From Patescibacteria group bacterium (GTDB lineage: Bacteria > Patescibacteriota > JABMPQ01): a stretch of 64,000 bases of DNA. The translations under genes were made by a program, and so were the position numbers. Position 1 is the first letter of the stretch. Each line of letters starts with the position of its first letter. The stretch is taken from assembly GCA_018818965.1 (NCBI GenBank), contig JAHJQX010000010.1, forward strand, positions 4,579-68,578, in the 5' to 3' direction. Of the stretch, positions 55,783 through 63,667 are shown piece by piece. The notes beneath the pieces were generated by a model that saw nothing but the letters and a program-made list of their open reading frames with translations, was not told the DNA's origin and searched no databases.

Positions 55783-56871
55783 TTAGGCTAGAGTGTAAGA
55801 TTTCTGTCCAACTTTTTTGAAACGATCAGTATTTTGTAAAGCCAAGGCAACTGTGTTGCGCTTAACAATTCTTTGCTTTAATACTTTGGCGATAATATCT
55901 TCTTTAGGCAGTGGTTGACCAGCTGCTTTGAGAACACTGACTACTACATCCGCTACTGTACCCGAGCTGTATCCCCATTCAGTCAAACCATAAATACCTC
56001 GCCCCACTAGGACAAAACGTTTGTCTTTAATAAGCTCGTTGTGCACTGTTTGGGGAATAGCCTGACGACCGCCAAAATTAGTATTGTTGATTTTGCTAGT
56101 AATTTCCTTAAAGTGAAGAGGTTTATTGCTTTTCTTTAAAACTAAGTAAGCCTTATCTTTAACTCCCTTGGGCACGATCTCATTCCAAGTAACAAACCCC
56201 CATTCAGCGAAGGGGTTTTTGCGCATCTTTTTGCTTAGATTTAGATAAGATTGAATATGTTTAGATTCCGAAATATCACACTTTTCAGCTACCTCGTGCT
56301 GTAAAAGTTGCTCTACAATTCCGAACTCTTTTAGTGGCTTATTATGCTTTTTTAGCACCTCGTGGGCAGCTTCAATCACTTGCTTGGGAATATCAAGCGA
56401 ACCATTTTTTACTGCCCAAGCCTTATAAGTATGCTCGGAATCAGCTAAGTGCTCAAATTTATTGCTCAGATTTAATATAAAATCAACCACGTTAGCATGA
56501 GTTTCAACTGGTGATACAGCCTCGATAAAGGAATCAATCGCGTGGTTATGCTCCATTACCTGACCATGCTTGTCGATAATAGACTCCAGCAAAACTTCGC
56601 ACGGCTTGATTGCTTTAATTTTATTACCTTTCTGTAGATCTTTAAGGGCAGCTGATTCAATCTGACGAACTCGCTCCCTGGTAATTTCGTGGTTGCGGCC
56701 AATCTCTTCTAGTGTTTGGTGACGACTGCCGTCTAAACCAAAACGTTTGACTAAAATATCTTTAGTCCTCGGTTTGAGGCTAGAGATAAGCTGCAGAACA
56801 AAATCTGTTGGCAGCACTTGCAGCCCAGTCACGTTGTTACTAGTAATATTTTTTAGGTTGTTGCTTGTCAT
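55783..56871 (-). CDS. DNA-binding protein with sigma-70 region 4 and two HARE-HTH (RNAP delta/RpoE-like winged helix) domains
   Basis: Residues about 25-80, ...DILVKRFGLDGSRHQTLEEIGRNHEITRERVRQIESAALKDL, match the sigma70 r4.2 consensus. The C-terminal ...HFKEITSKIN...RFVLVGRGIYGLTEWGY and an internal ...NPFAEWGFVTWNEI... resemble HARE-HTH (cf. B. subtilis RpoE DGRFLALSDQTWGLRSWY). Confidence 0.6.
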   Translation of the reverse strand: MTSNNLKNITSNNVTGLQVLPTDFVLQLISSLKPRTKDILVKRFGLDGSRHQTLEEIGRNHEITRERVRQIESAALKDLQKGNKIKAIKPCEVLLESIIDKHGQVMEHNHAIDSFIEAVSPVETHANVVDFILNLSNKFEHLADSEHTYKAWAVKNGSLDIPKQVIEAAHEVLKKHNKPLKEFGIVEQLLQHEVAEKCDISESKHIQSYLNLSKKMRKNPFAEWGFVTWNEIVPKGVKDKAYLVLKKSNKPLHFKEITSKINNTNFGGRQAIPQTVHNELIKDKRFVLVGRGIYGLTEWGYSSGTVADVVVSVLKAAGQPLPKEDIIAKVLKQRIVKRNTVALALQNTDRFKKVGQKSYTLA

Positions 56872-56929
56872 GATTCTTCCCTTCTATTAGCAATTATTTA
56901 AACAAACCCGTAACTTCAATTCTCCGTAA

Positions 56930-57018
56930 AGTGTATCACAAACCTCTAACATTGTCAACACTTATTTTGCCTTTTACATTTAATCGTGACATAATATCAT
57001 CATCCTATTTTTCGTCAA
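56930..57018 (-). promoter_or_regulatory. two tandem sigma70-like promoters upstream of the sigma-r4/HARE-HTH gene
   Basis: Minus strand: TTGACG (57018-57013)-N16-TATTAT (56996-56991), and TTGACA (56958-56953)-N17-tgaTACACT (56935-56930). Confidence 0.35.
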
Positions 57019-57073
57019 GAGATTTTAGTAATAATATTAAGTCACAAGAAAGATTTGGCCTTGAATAAAAGAC

Positions 57074-57105
57074 AAACTCCCTCAATGACTGAGGGAGTTT
57101 TTTTA
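57074..57105. terminator. bidirectional intrinsic terminator (after wbaP-like gene)
   Basis: Perfect 11-bp stem AAACTCCCTCA (57074-57084) pairs with TGAGGGAGTTT (57090-57100). An A-run lies 5' and T7 3' (57098-57105). Confidence 0.6.
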
Positions 57106-57128
57106 CTTGAAGGTTAAATTTAATATCC

Positions 57129-58511
57129 TTAATAGGCGGCTTCTGCTCTAACTACGATCTTAGCGGTACGTAGTAATATCTGCAAATCCATCTTAAGCGA
57201 CCAATTTTCAATATAATAGGTGTCCAATTTTACCTCTTCGTCAAAAGAGAGGTCGGCTGCACCACTTACCTGTCCCATACCAGTCATACCAGGCTTGATA
57301 GCCAACACCTTATTTTGATGTTTTCGATACTGAGCTACTTCTTCTGGTTCGTGGGGACGTGGTCCCACCAAACTAATATCGTCCTTGAGGATATTAATAA
57401 ATTGGGGCAATTCATCAATCCGAGTTTTACGTAATAATTTACCAACTTGGGTGATGCGAGGATCATTTTTCATTTTAAACAGTGGCCCTTGACGCTCACT
57501 GTACTTAAGCAGGTCTTTTTTCATTTTATGGGCATCTTTGACCATGGAACGAAACTTAAACATATCAAAATTACCATCACGCCCTACTCGAGTCAGCCTG
57601 ACAAAAACTGGTCCGGGAGAATCTAATTTAATCGCAATGGCAACTAGCACAAATAAGGGGGTCAAGAATACTAAACCAAAAACTGCCCCGATAACATCAA
57701 TAACCCGTTTTATTATCTTCCCCCAGCCATCGAGAGGAGTGCGGCGGAATTCCACCAAAGGAAACCCGGCAATGACTTTAACCTCTATATTGATGGCCTC
57801 TGTGCCAAATAAGTCCGGGACATATTTCATATCAATCTTGCGCTCATTGGCAAAATCAATCAACTCCAACATTTTCGTCTTCGGAATACTGGGATCAGTT
57901 TGAATAATTTCGTCTATTCCTTGCGTTTGTGATAAATTTTCTAATTTTTCTAGCGTATCGCCATTAATTTCTGGTAATACTCCGACTACTTTATAGCCAA
58001 AAAGAGGGTTACGATAATTATCTTTGATGTGTTTGGTAGCAGAAGTTTGACCAATTAAGGCCACTCGGTGTGCCCCGTAGCCATAACGATATAGTCGCTG
58101 TTGGATAAAGCGGACCAGCGATCGACCAAAAACGACAAACATGATGGCTAAAGACCAAGTAACTAAGACTAAAAAACGGGAAGAAAACAACTCGGCTCGC
58201 AGAAAAATATACAAAACAATGCCCATTGCTCCCGTTGAAACCCCGACGAACACACTATAGAGATCATCAACAAAGCGCCTTTTCTTCTTAGGATTATACA
58301 GTCCCAATAAAGCAAAAATAATCAACCAAACCGGAGCTACTAATGCTATTAAGACAATGTATTGCTGCAGAGGTAAATCAAACTTGATTGGTCTGATCTC
58401 CACCACTTGCCCTGTAAAACGCAAAAAATAGGTAACAATAGCCGCCAATACTACCATTAGAAAATCAACGGGGACTAAGATCGCAGTAAAAAATAATTCT
58501 GATTTCTTCAT
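57129..58511 (-). CDS. polyprenyl-phosphate hexose-1-phosphate transferase (WbaP-type bacterial sugar transferase)
   Basis: 460 aa. Four or five N-terminal TMs, a cytoplasmic loop, and the C-terminal catalytic domain ...DELPQFINILKDDISLVGPRP...KPGMTGMGQVSG. Confidence 0.85.
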   Translation of the reverse strand: MKKSELFFTAILVPVDFLMVVLAAIVTYFLRFTGQVVEIRPIKFDLPLQQYIVLIALVAPVWLIIFALLGLYNPKKKRRFVDDLYSVFVGVSTGAMGIVLYIFLRAELFSSRFLVLVTWSLAIMFVVFGRSLVRFIQQRLYRYGYGAHRVALIGQTSATKHIKDNYRNPLFGYKVVGVLPEINGDTLEKLENLSQTQGIDEIIQTDPSIPKTKMLELIDFANERKIDMKYVPDLFGTEAINIEVKVIAGFPLVEFRRTPLDGWGKIIKRVIDVIGAVFGLVFLTPLFVLVAIAIKLDSPGPVFVRLTRVGRDGNFDMFKFRSMVKDAHKMKKDLLKYSERQGPLFKMKNDPRITQVGKLLRKTRIDELPQFINILKDDISLVGPRPHEPEEVAQYRKHQNKVLAIKPGMTGMGQVSGAADLSFDEEVKLDTYYIENWSLKMDLQILLRTAKIVVRAEAAY

Positions 58512-58553
58512 TTAAAGAAGGGGTTAACCTGCTCTGAATTATATACCAAAAAG

Positions 58554-58984
58554 CTCAAGCAAACAATAAGCCGAATTTAGTACCTCGTACCATTTCGGAT
58601 TTGAGTGATACGGGGCGATGATCATCTATCTGGTCCCATCATTGCTAATGGGATCAAGCGACCTACATTTTGGTCTTGCACCAGGCAGGGTTTACCAGAT
58701 TCCCATGTCACCATGAGATCAAATGGGTAGCTATCATGCTAACATCCCATTTCTTTTCACCTTTGCTCCCATCTGCCTGCCGGTAGGCAGGATCAGATCG
58801 GGACTAGTATTGTCTCTGCGGCACTTTCCCTAAGATTCAAGCCAGCTAAAAGTCTGCAGGACTCCTAACTATCTTTCTCCCGGTCGCCGTTAGCGACTGC
58901 CTTGCTGTCCCGATGGTCATCGGGACGGTGTTCGGACTTTCCTCCCCGATGAATATCGAGGCGATCATCTTGTTTACTTGAGCC
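58554..58984 (-). ncRNA. rnpB: RNase P RNA, bacterial type A
   Basis: ORF-free GC-rich block. The minus strand reads GCUCAAGUAAAC...GGGGAGGAAAGUCCGAAC (P4 5' strand)...AAGGUGAAAAG...GGUAAACCCUGCCUGGUGCAAGACCAAAAUGUAGG...ACUAAAUUCGGCUUAUU (P4 3' strand) GUUUGCUUGAGC. The two ends pair to form P1. Confidence 0.85.
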
Positions 58985-59072
58985 AGAACAGAATAACATA
59001 ATAATGACAGATGTCAATAATATTCACCCCGATAGATTCTCTTGTTTAGAGAATAACAAAAAAATCTAAATT

Positions 59073-59357
59073 TTATTCATCCCGCTCGACAATTCGATAA
59101 TTTTTCTGCAAATAGAGTAAATCTTTTTTAAATTTACTCAGTCGGGCACTACTGCCAACATCTTTTTTCCTAACCATCTGACCAGTTAAATCTAGTACGG
59201 TGGCTAAACTAGCAAAATAGTCACCTGCTTTGATATGCTCTTTGACTCCAGTGATTCTCTGTTCTTTCTCTGAATCATTTATGAGCAAGGGGAAATTAAA
59301 ACCAGTCCAAGGGTAATCCCCAAAAAACATCAGGTTGTGGGAGTTGATTTTATACAT
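59073..59357 (-). CDS. hypothetical protein (94 aa)
   Basis: ORF directly downstream of radC on the same strand (24-nt gap). No family recognised. Confidence 0.4.
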   Translation of the reverse strand: MYKINSHNLMFFGDYPWTGFNFPLLINDSEKEQRITGVKEHIKAGDYFASLATVLDLTGQMVRKKDVGSSARLSKFKKDLLYLQKNYRIVERDE

Positions 59358-59381
59358 GGCGACAGAGATGTTGGAGTTAAC

Positions 59382-60110
59382 TTAGTACTCAACTGGTACA
59401 CTAGCAAATCGATTTTTGGTAATGATAATATGATCTAGCAAATCAATACCGAGAATATGACCAGCCTCTACTAATTGTTTAGTGATGCTAATATCTGATT
59501 CGGTTGGTTTGACAACGCCAGAAGGATGGTTGTGTGCTAAAACCATGGCCACAGCTGAATACTCCAAAGCTGGTCGGAAAACCTCGCGGGGATGAACAAT
59601 ATTGGTTGTTAAACTACCAATGGAGATAATTTCATCGTGCACCACCCGATGACGACTATTAAGATAAATACCCCGCAGTTGTTCTTTGGGTAAGTCCCGC
59701 ATCTCTTTGAGATATTCATAAGCTTGCTTGGGTGTTCTAATGACAGCAGCCCGACCCTTAGTCTCTTTAAAAAACCGCCGGCCCAACTCGAAACAAGCGA
59801 CAATTTGACAAGACTTAGCTAGCGGAACACCTAATTCTTTTTCCAGTAATTTTGGATCGGTTTGGTTTATAATGCCTTTTTCGCCATATTCCTTAACTAT
59901 GCGAGAAGACATCATCATTACTTCCTCCTTTTTTGTGCCCACGTTTAAAACCACTGCCAATAATTCAGGCGTGGATAAAGAAATGGGACCTTCTTTGATT
60001 AATTTCTCCCGTGGTTTGTCCTCGTCTGGCAGATCTTTTATGCGGAGAGGATACTGTCGGTTTGGATTGTCGAGGATAAGGCTGTGATCTTGGAGGGAAT
60101 AGGTAGTCAT
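59382..60110 (-). CDS. radC: RadC-family JAB/MPN domain protein
   Basis: 242 aa. N-terminal HhH region (...ELLAVVLNVGTKKEEV...) and a JAMM-like motif ...VMVLAHNHPSGVVKPTESD... Confidence 0.85.
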   Translation of the reverse strand: MTTYSLQDHSLILDNPNRQYPLRIKDLPDEDKPREKLIKEGPISLSTPELLAVVLNVGTKKEEVMMMSSRIVKEYGEKGIINQTDPKLLEKELGVPLAKSCQIVACFELGRRFFKETKGRAAVIRTPKQAYEYLKEMRDLPKEQLRGIYLNSRHRVVHDEIISIGSLTTNIVHPREVFRPALEYSAVAMVLAHNHPSGVVKPTESDISITKQLVEAGHILGIDLLDHIIITKNRFASVPVEY

Positions 60111-60311
60111 GTTTTTCGTTTATGTTAAGCCCTTACTTGATACAGAAAAACTACTTATTGAGTCTACTTTAATATAAAATGAGAGGGAAAGCAAATGTTG
60201 GATTAAAACCTAAAGTAAGGTGCTGTTAGCCCCCATCTGGCAATAGAAATTTGACGTTGAACAAGTCCACATACATATTGGACTCTAGAAGAGGTGGACT
60301 CATACAGACGT

Positions 60312-60340
60312 TTGACTTAACTACTAGCTAATGTTATTTT
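60312..60340 (+). promoter_or_regulatory. putative promoter TTGACT-N17-TGtTATTTT for the 60390 gene
   Basis: -35 at 60312-60317 and extended -10 TGTTATTTT at 60332-60340, the same extended -10 sequence as at 40151-40159. A strong SD AAGGGAGG precedes the ATG. Confidence 0.3.
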
Positions 60341-60389
60341 TACGATCTGCTCATTCAACAACCATATCGTCCACTAAGGGAGGCAAGAA

Positions 60390-60866
60390 ATGTTCTTTCC
60401 TGTTTTCGGCATTGTTTTTGTTCTTCTCGGTGCTCTATTTCTTTCCTGGAGCAGCTGGCGGTTATACCAGAAAGTAAAAAGAGTACAACAAGGCATGATG
60501 GCGAGCCTGGATCGAAAAATATCCACAGCTGAGGAAAAACTGACTGCTATCAAGGAACTATGGGGAGACCAAGTTCCCTATTACCAACTCTTCGCTCATT
60601 GTTTGCTCGGAGAGAGCAGGGATGTTCCTCATATTATGACCGCGGCTTGTTTGGTTTTCTTCCCTCACGATGAAGCCCAACCGGGTAAAGACGTAAAAAT
60701 AGAAACTGAAAGAACTGAACAAGGAACTTTAATTACTGTCATCGTCCACGACAGTGAGGTCTTACTGACCGATGTTACCCTGAGCGAACGGCTGTTCGCA
60801 CTTATTCAGGTAGCAGACAACAGAGATGATAATCCCCGCTTTCTCGAGTTTAATCTTGAACCTTAG
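60390..60866 (+). CDS. hypothetical membrane-anchored protein (158 aa)
   Basis: N-terminal TM (FFPVFGIVFVLLGALFLSWSSW), SD-like AAGGGAGG 8 nt upstream, no family match. Confidence 0.45.
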   Translation: MFFPVFGIVFVLLGALFLSWSSWRLYQKVKRVQQGMMASLDRKISTAEEKLTAIKELWGDQVPYYQLFAHCLLGESRDVPHIMTAACLVFFPHDEAQPGKDVKIETERTEQGTLITVIVHDSEVLLTDVTLSERLFALIQVADNRDDNPRFLEFNLEP

Positions 60867-61058
60867 CCAGTTTAGAGCGCACTTCGCTGTGTGCTTTTTT
60901 TACAACAAAACCCTTTCGCCAGGGGTTAATTTTATTTATGGGAATTACTAGAAAATATTAGAATCTGTTTGGTAAAAAATGGCTTACAGCCCCAAGTGGT
61001 AATTTTGTTGGATTTGGGATACAATAAATTAGTGTTGGGTAAAAAGAAATATACTCAA

Positions 61059-63371
61059 ATGGACACAGAGTCTCCAGATACAAAAACCGAAACTCCAGAT
61101 CAAGAAATCCCCACTAAACCCCAAAAAAAGCACCGTCGCGGTCTCAAAATAGCCATTGGGGTCGTCTTGGCTGTGGCCGCTATTGGTGGCGGGATGCTCT
61201 TGGCCTATTTTGATGTGTTTAATAGTGGAGCAGATAAAGAAACGGTAGGAGGAATGACCATGGAAGAGTTTTTTGCCCAAGAAGGTGATACTAGCTTTGA
61301 TCTGATAGATAAGGCCTACGAGGAAGGCAAAATAGATAAAGAGACTTCGTTAATATATGGCGCTTACGCTGCTTTTGGGGATGAGAGGTTGCCGGAGGAA
61401 TATCAAAGTGACATTATAGCTTTTGAGGCTAATCATGTGTTTCGGGAGATTAGAGAAAACTATGACAGCTTCAGCCCAGAGAATAAAGAGATCATTGACC
61501 CTTTCCTGAAGCGGCCGGATGACCCGGAGAGTTGGTGGAATGAAAAAGTGAGGGAGAAACAAGTGAGAAATAATCCAGATTTAATAAAAGCGGCTCGAGC
61601 CAAAGACCGAGAAGTAAAAAGTATTTTCTCTGAACATTTAACCACCGTTGATGGTAAGATAAAAATCTGGTATGCCCAAATTGGAATATTTGATGATTTT
61701 ATTGATAAAATATTTAAGCCGGGGAGAGCTGAATACTTTGATGCTGCAGACAAAGAAATGGCAGAAAAAATAAAAGATATATTGGACAAAGATAGAGCAT
61801 ACGCCAAATTTTCCAACATTATGGCAAAAGAACCACTCAATGATGGTAATCTGGGTGGCGACGGCGAATTAGATATATATGCAATCAGTCCAACCATGAT
61901 GGAGTATAAGAGGTTACAATTGACAGCTACCGCTGGCTATTCTGGGGTACTCGGAGGGTATATCCCAGATACTGCTAATTTCCCTACCTCTGGCTATTTG
62001 ATCCTAATAGGTTCCAACAAAACAGTGATCGCCCACGAACTCTTTCATGCCTTCCAGGCTGCCTTTAAACAGAATGAGTCTAGCGATCGTTGGTTTGCTG
62101 AAGCCTCTGCTGTTTGGTCAGAAGATTTTATATATCCGCAAGATAACAGCGAGCAAAAATGGCTAAAAGTATCACCTATTAATCAGCCGGGGACTTCGTT
62201 AGACAATACCAATTTGTCAGGATACGAATATGGAGCATATTTATTCCCCTTCTACCTTACTCAACCGGGAGTTAGTGGTAGCGAGATAATAGGAAAAATC
62301 TGGGCAGGCTGCGGCAATTATAATTCATGTCTTAATTCGATCGACAAGAATATCAGTGGCGACTTTGAAGATACCTGGCGGGAATTTACGCTTTGGAACT
62401 ACAACAAAAAGCCAGTTAAACTATACCAAGACGAGGGTGGTTTTCCAGAAATTTCATCAGGCGTTGCTTCCTATCAAAGTGATATAAAAAAAATCGGTAA
62501 CAACTCTATTGAAATCTCATGGAAGAAGGATTTAGAATATCTAGCAGCTCATCTTGTTGAGGTACGTAATAAAACAAATTCCCCTGAGGTCAAACAAATC
62601 ATCTTCAAAGACTTTAAAAACTTCACCAGCCAATCTAACAAAGCCGCCATCAAAGCGATCGTCTATCCTAAAAATGGCGAGCCATATTTAGATGAGGAAT
62701 GGACTAACAAAGAAGAAAGAAAGTTCTGTCTGGAAGATCCACGAGAGAGCTTTGATAATATAGTTCTCATCTTTAGCAACGGCGAGATGAAAAAATCACT
62801 GACAGCAACCGAAATCACCGCCGAAGCTAAAACAGAATCCTGTTACGCCATTGAGCAAACAGATACCAGAGAAGCAACTTACCAGATCACTGGTTCGGAT
62901 AGCAGCAATAAGGCAAACTTTACCGTAAAAACTACTGGGACTATCCTAGAACCGGCTCCAGCAGAGGCTCAATATGGCTATCAAGCTAAATGGCAAGCTA
63001 AACTTGACTATCAAGAGCAATGGGATCCCTACAGTCAGGTCACCGGCTGTGTTGTTCATCCGGGAGAAACTAAGTATACCTCGACCTTTGAGTTTGATTT
63101 AAGCTCTGTTAAGAATAATAGTAGTTTTCCAGTCAAAGTGACCGAATCTAATGTCCATTATGATCCCTGGAGCCAAAAATGCACGATTGCTGGTTTTACT
63201 ACCGATACAGAGACGGAGCCAGTTGAATATGATGATTTATCATTTAGCGAAGGCTTTATCTACGATATGTCTGAGACTGAAGCTAAAATCAAGTTTCCGG
63301 GATCTCTGGCCTACGGTAATTTTATCTCTCGTCGTGAGATGGAGCCGATTGTGCTGGAGATTAAGAGATAG
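61059..63371 (+). CDS. large membrane-anchored extracytoplasmic protein with an HExxH zinc-metallopeptidase motif
   Basis: The open frame runs from 60969; the preferred start is MDTESPD at 61059. Signal anchor KIAIGVVLAVAAIGGGMLLAYF and HELFHAF (VIAHELFHAFQ). About 770 aa, otherwise unknown; the C-terminal part is rich in Thr, Ser and Tyr. Confidence 0.55.
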   Translation: MDTESPDTKTETPDQEIPTKPQKKHRRGLKIAIGVVLAVAAIGGGMLLAYFDVFNSGADKETVGGMTMEEFFAQEGDTSFDLIDKAYEEGKIDKETSLIYGAYAAFGDERLPEEYQSDIIAFEANHVFREIRENYDSFSPENKEIIDPFLKRPDDPESWWNEKVREKQVRNNPDLIKAARAKDREVKSIFSEHLTTVDGKIKIWYAQIGIFDDFIDKIFKPGRAEYFDAADKEMAEKIKDILDKDRAYAKFSNIMAKEPLNDGNLGGDGELDIYAISPTMMEYKRLQLTATAGYSGVLGGYIPDTANFPTSGYLILIGSNKTVIAHELFHAFQAAFKQNESSDRWFAEASAVWSEDFIYPQDNSEQKWLKVSPINQPGTSLDNTNLSGYEYGAYLFPFYLTQPGVSGSEIIGKIWAGCGNYNSCLNSIDKNISGDFEDTWREFTLWNYNKKPVKLYQDEGGFPEISSGVASYQSDIKKIGNNSIEISWKKDLEYLAAHLVEVRNKTNSPEVKQIIFKDFKNFTSQSNKAAIKAIVYPKNGEPYLDEEWTNKEERKFCLEDPRESFDNIVLIFSNGEMKKSLTATEITAEAKTESCYAIEQTDTREATYQITGSDSSNKANFTVKTTGTILEPAPAEAQYGYQAKWQAKLDYQEQWDPYSQVTGCVVHPGETKYTSTFEFDLSSVKNNSSFPVKVTESNVHYDPWSQKCTIAGFTTDTETEPVEYDDLSFSEGFIYDMSETEAKIKFPGSLAYGNFISRREMEPIVLEIKR

Positions 63372-63477
63372 TGGGGATTAGTTTAATAAAGCTACTGCCA
63401 AATTTATAGTCGAGTTGATAAATGCGGGTAAATCTATGCTCGCATTTTTAGATATATTCTAACTCCATACCCCCCAA

Positions 63478-63512
63478 CCAAAAAAGGCTTCAATAAGCCT
63501 TTTAAAATCGCA
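63478..63512 (-). terminator. intrinsic terminator after tRNA-Lys
   Basis: Minus strand: GCGATTTTAA-AAGGCTT-attg-AAGCCTT-TTTTTGG. Confidence 0.55.
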
Positions 63513-63585
63513 TGGGGCGTACAGGAATCGAACCTGTGACCTTCTCCTTAAAAGGGAGCTGCTCTACCGGCTGAGCTAACGCCCC
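63513..63585 (-). tRNA. tRNA-Lys (anticodon UUU)
   Basis: Minus strand: GGGGCGU UA GCUC AGCCGGUA GAGC A GCUCC CUUUUAA GGAGA AGGUC ACAGG UUCGAUU CCUGU ACGCCCC A. Close to E. coli tRNA-Lys. CCA is not encoded. Confidence 0.9.
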
Positions 63586-63667
63586 AAATTATAAATTTGG
63601 TTTAAAAATCCTAACAAAAAAACCAGTAGCCGGCAAGTATATTCCAAATCACCTGCCTATGCGTAGG

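Noticed and set aside
60969-61058. Upstream extension of the HExxH protein ORF (start at 60969)
   Set aside because: The first 30 codons are not protein-like. The Met at 61059 directly precedes the signal anchor and is preferred. The ORF-track start is kept only as an alternative.
61460-61897. 145-aa minus-strand ORF
   Set aside because: Antisense inside the HExxH protein gene. A Ser/Leu-rich artefact.
63372-63477. Hairpin AATGCG-N14-CGCATT followed by TTTTTAG as terminator of the HExxH protein gene
   Set aside because: The loop is large (14 nt) and the stem short. The tRNA-Lys-associated hairpin further downstream is the stronger candidate, so it was not listed as a separate feature.
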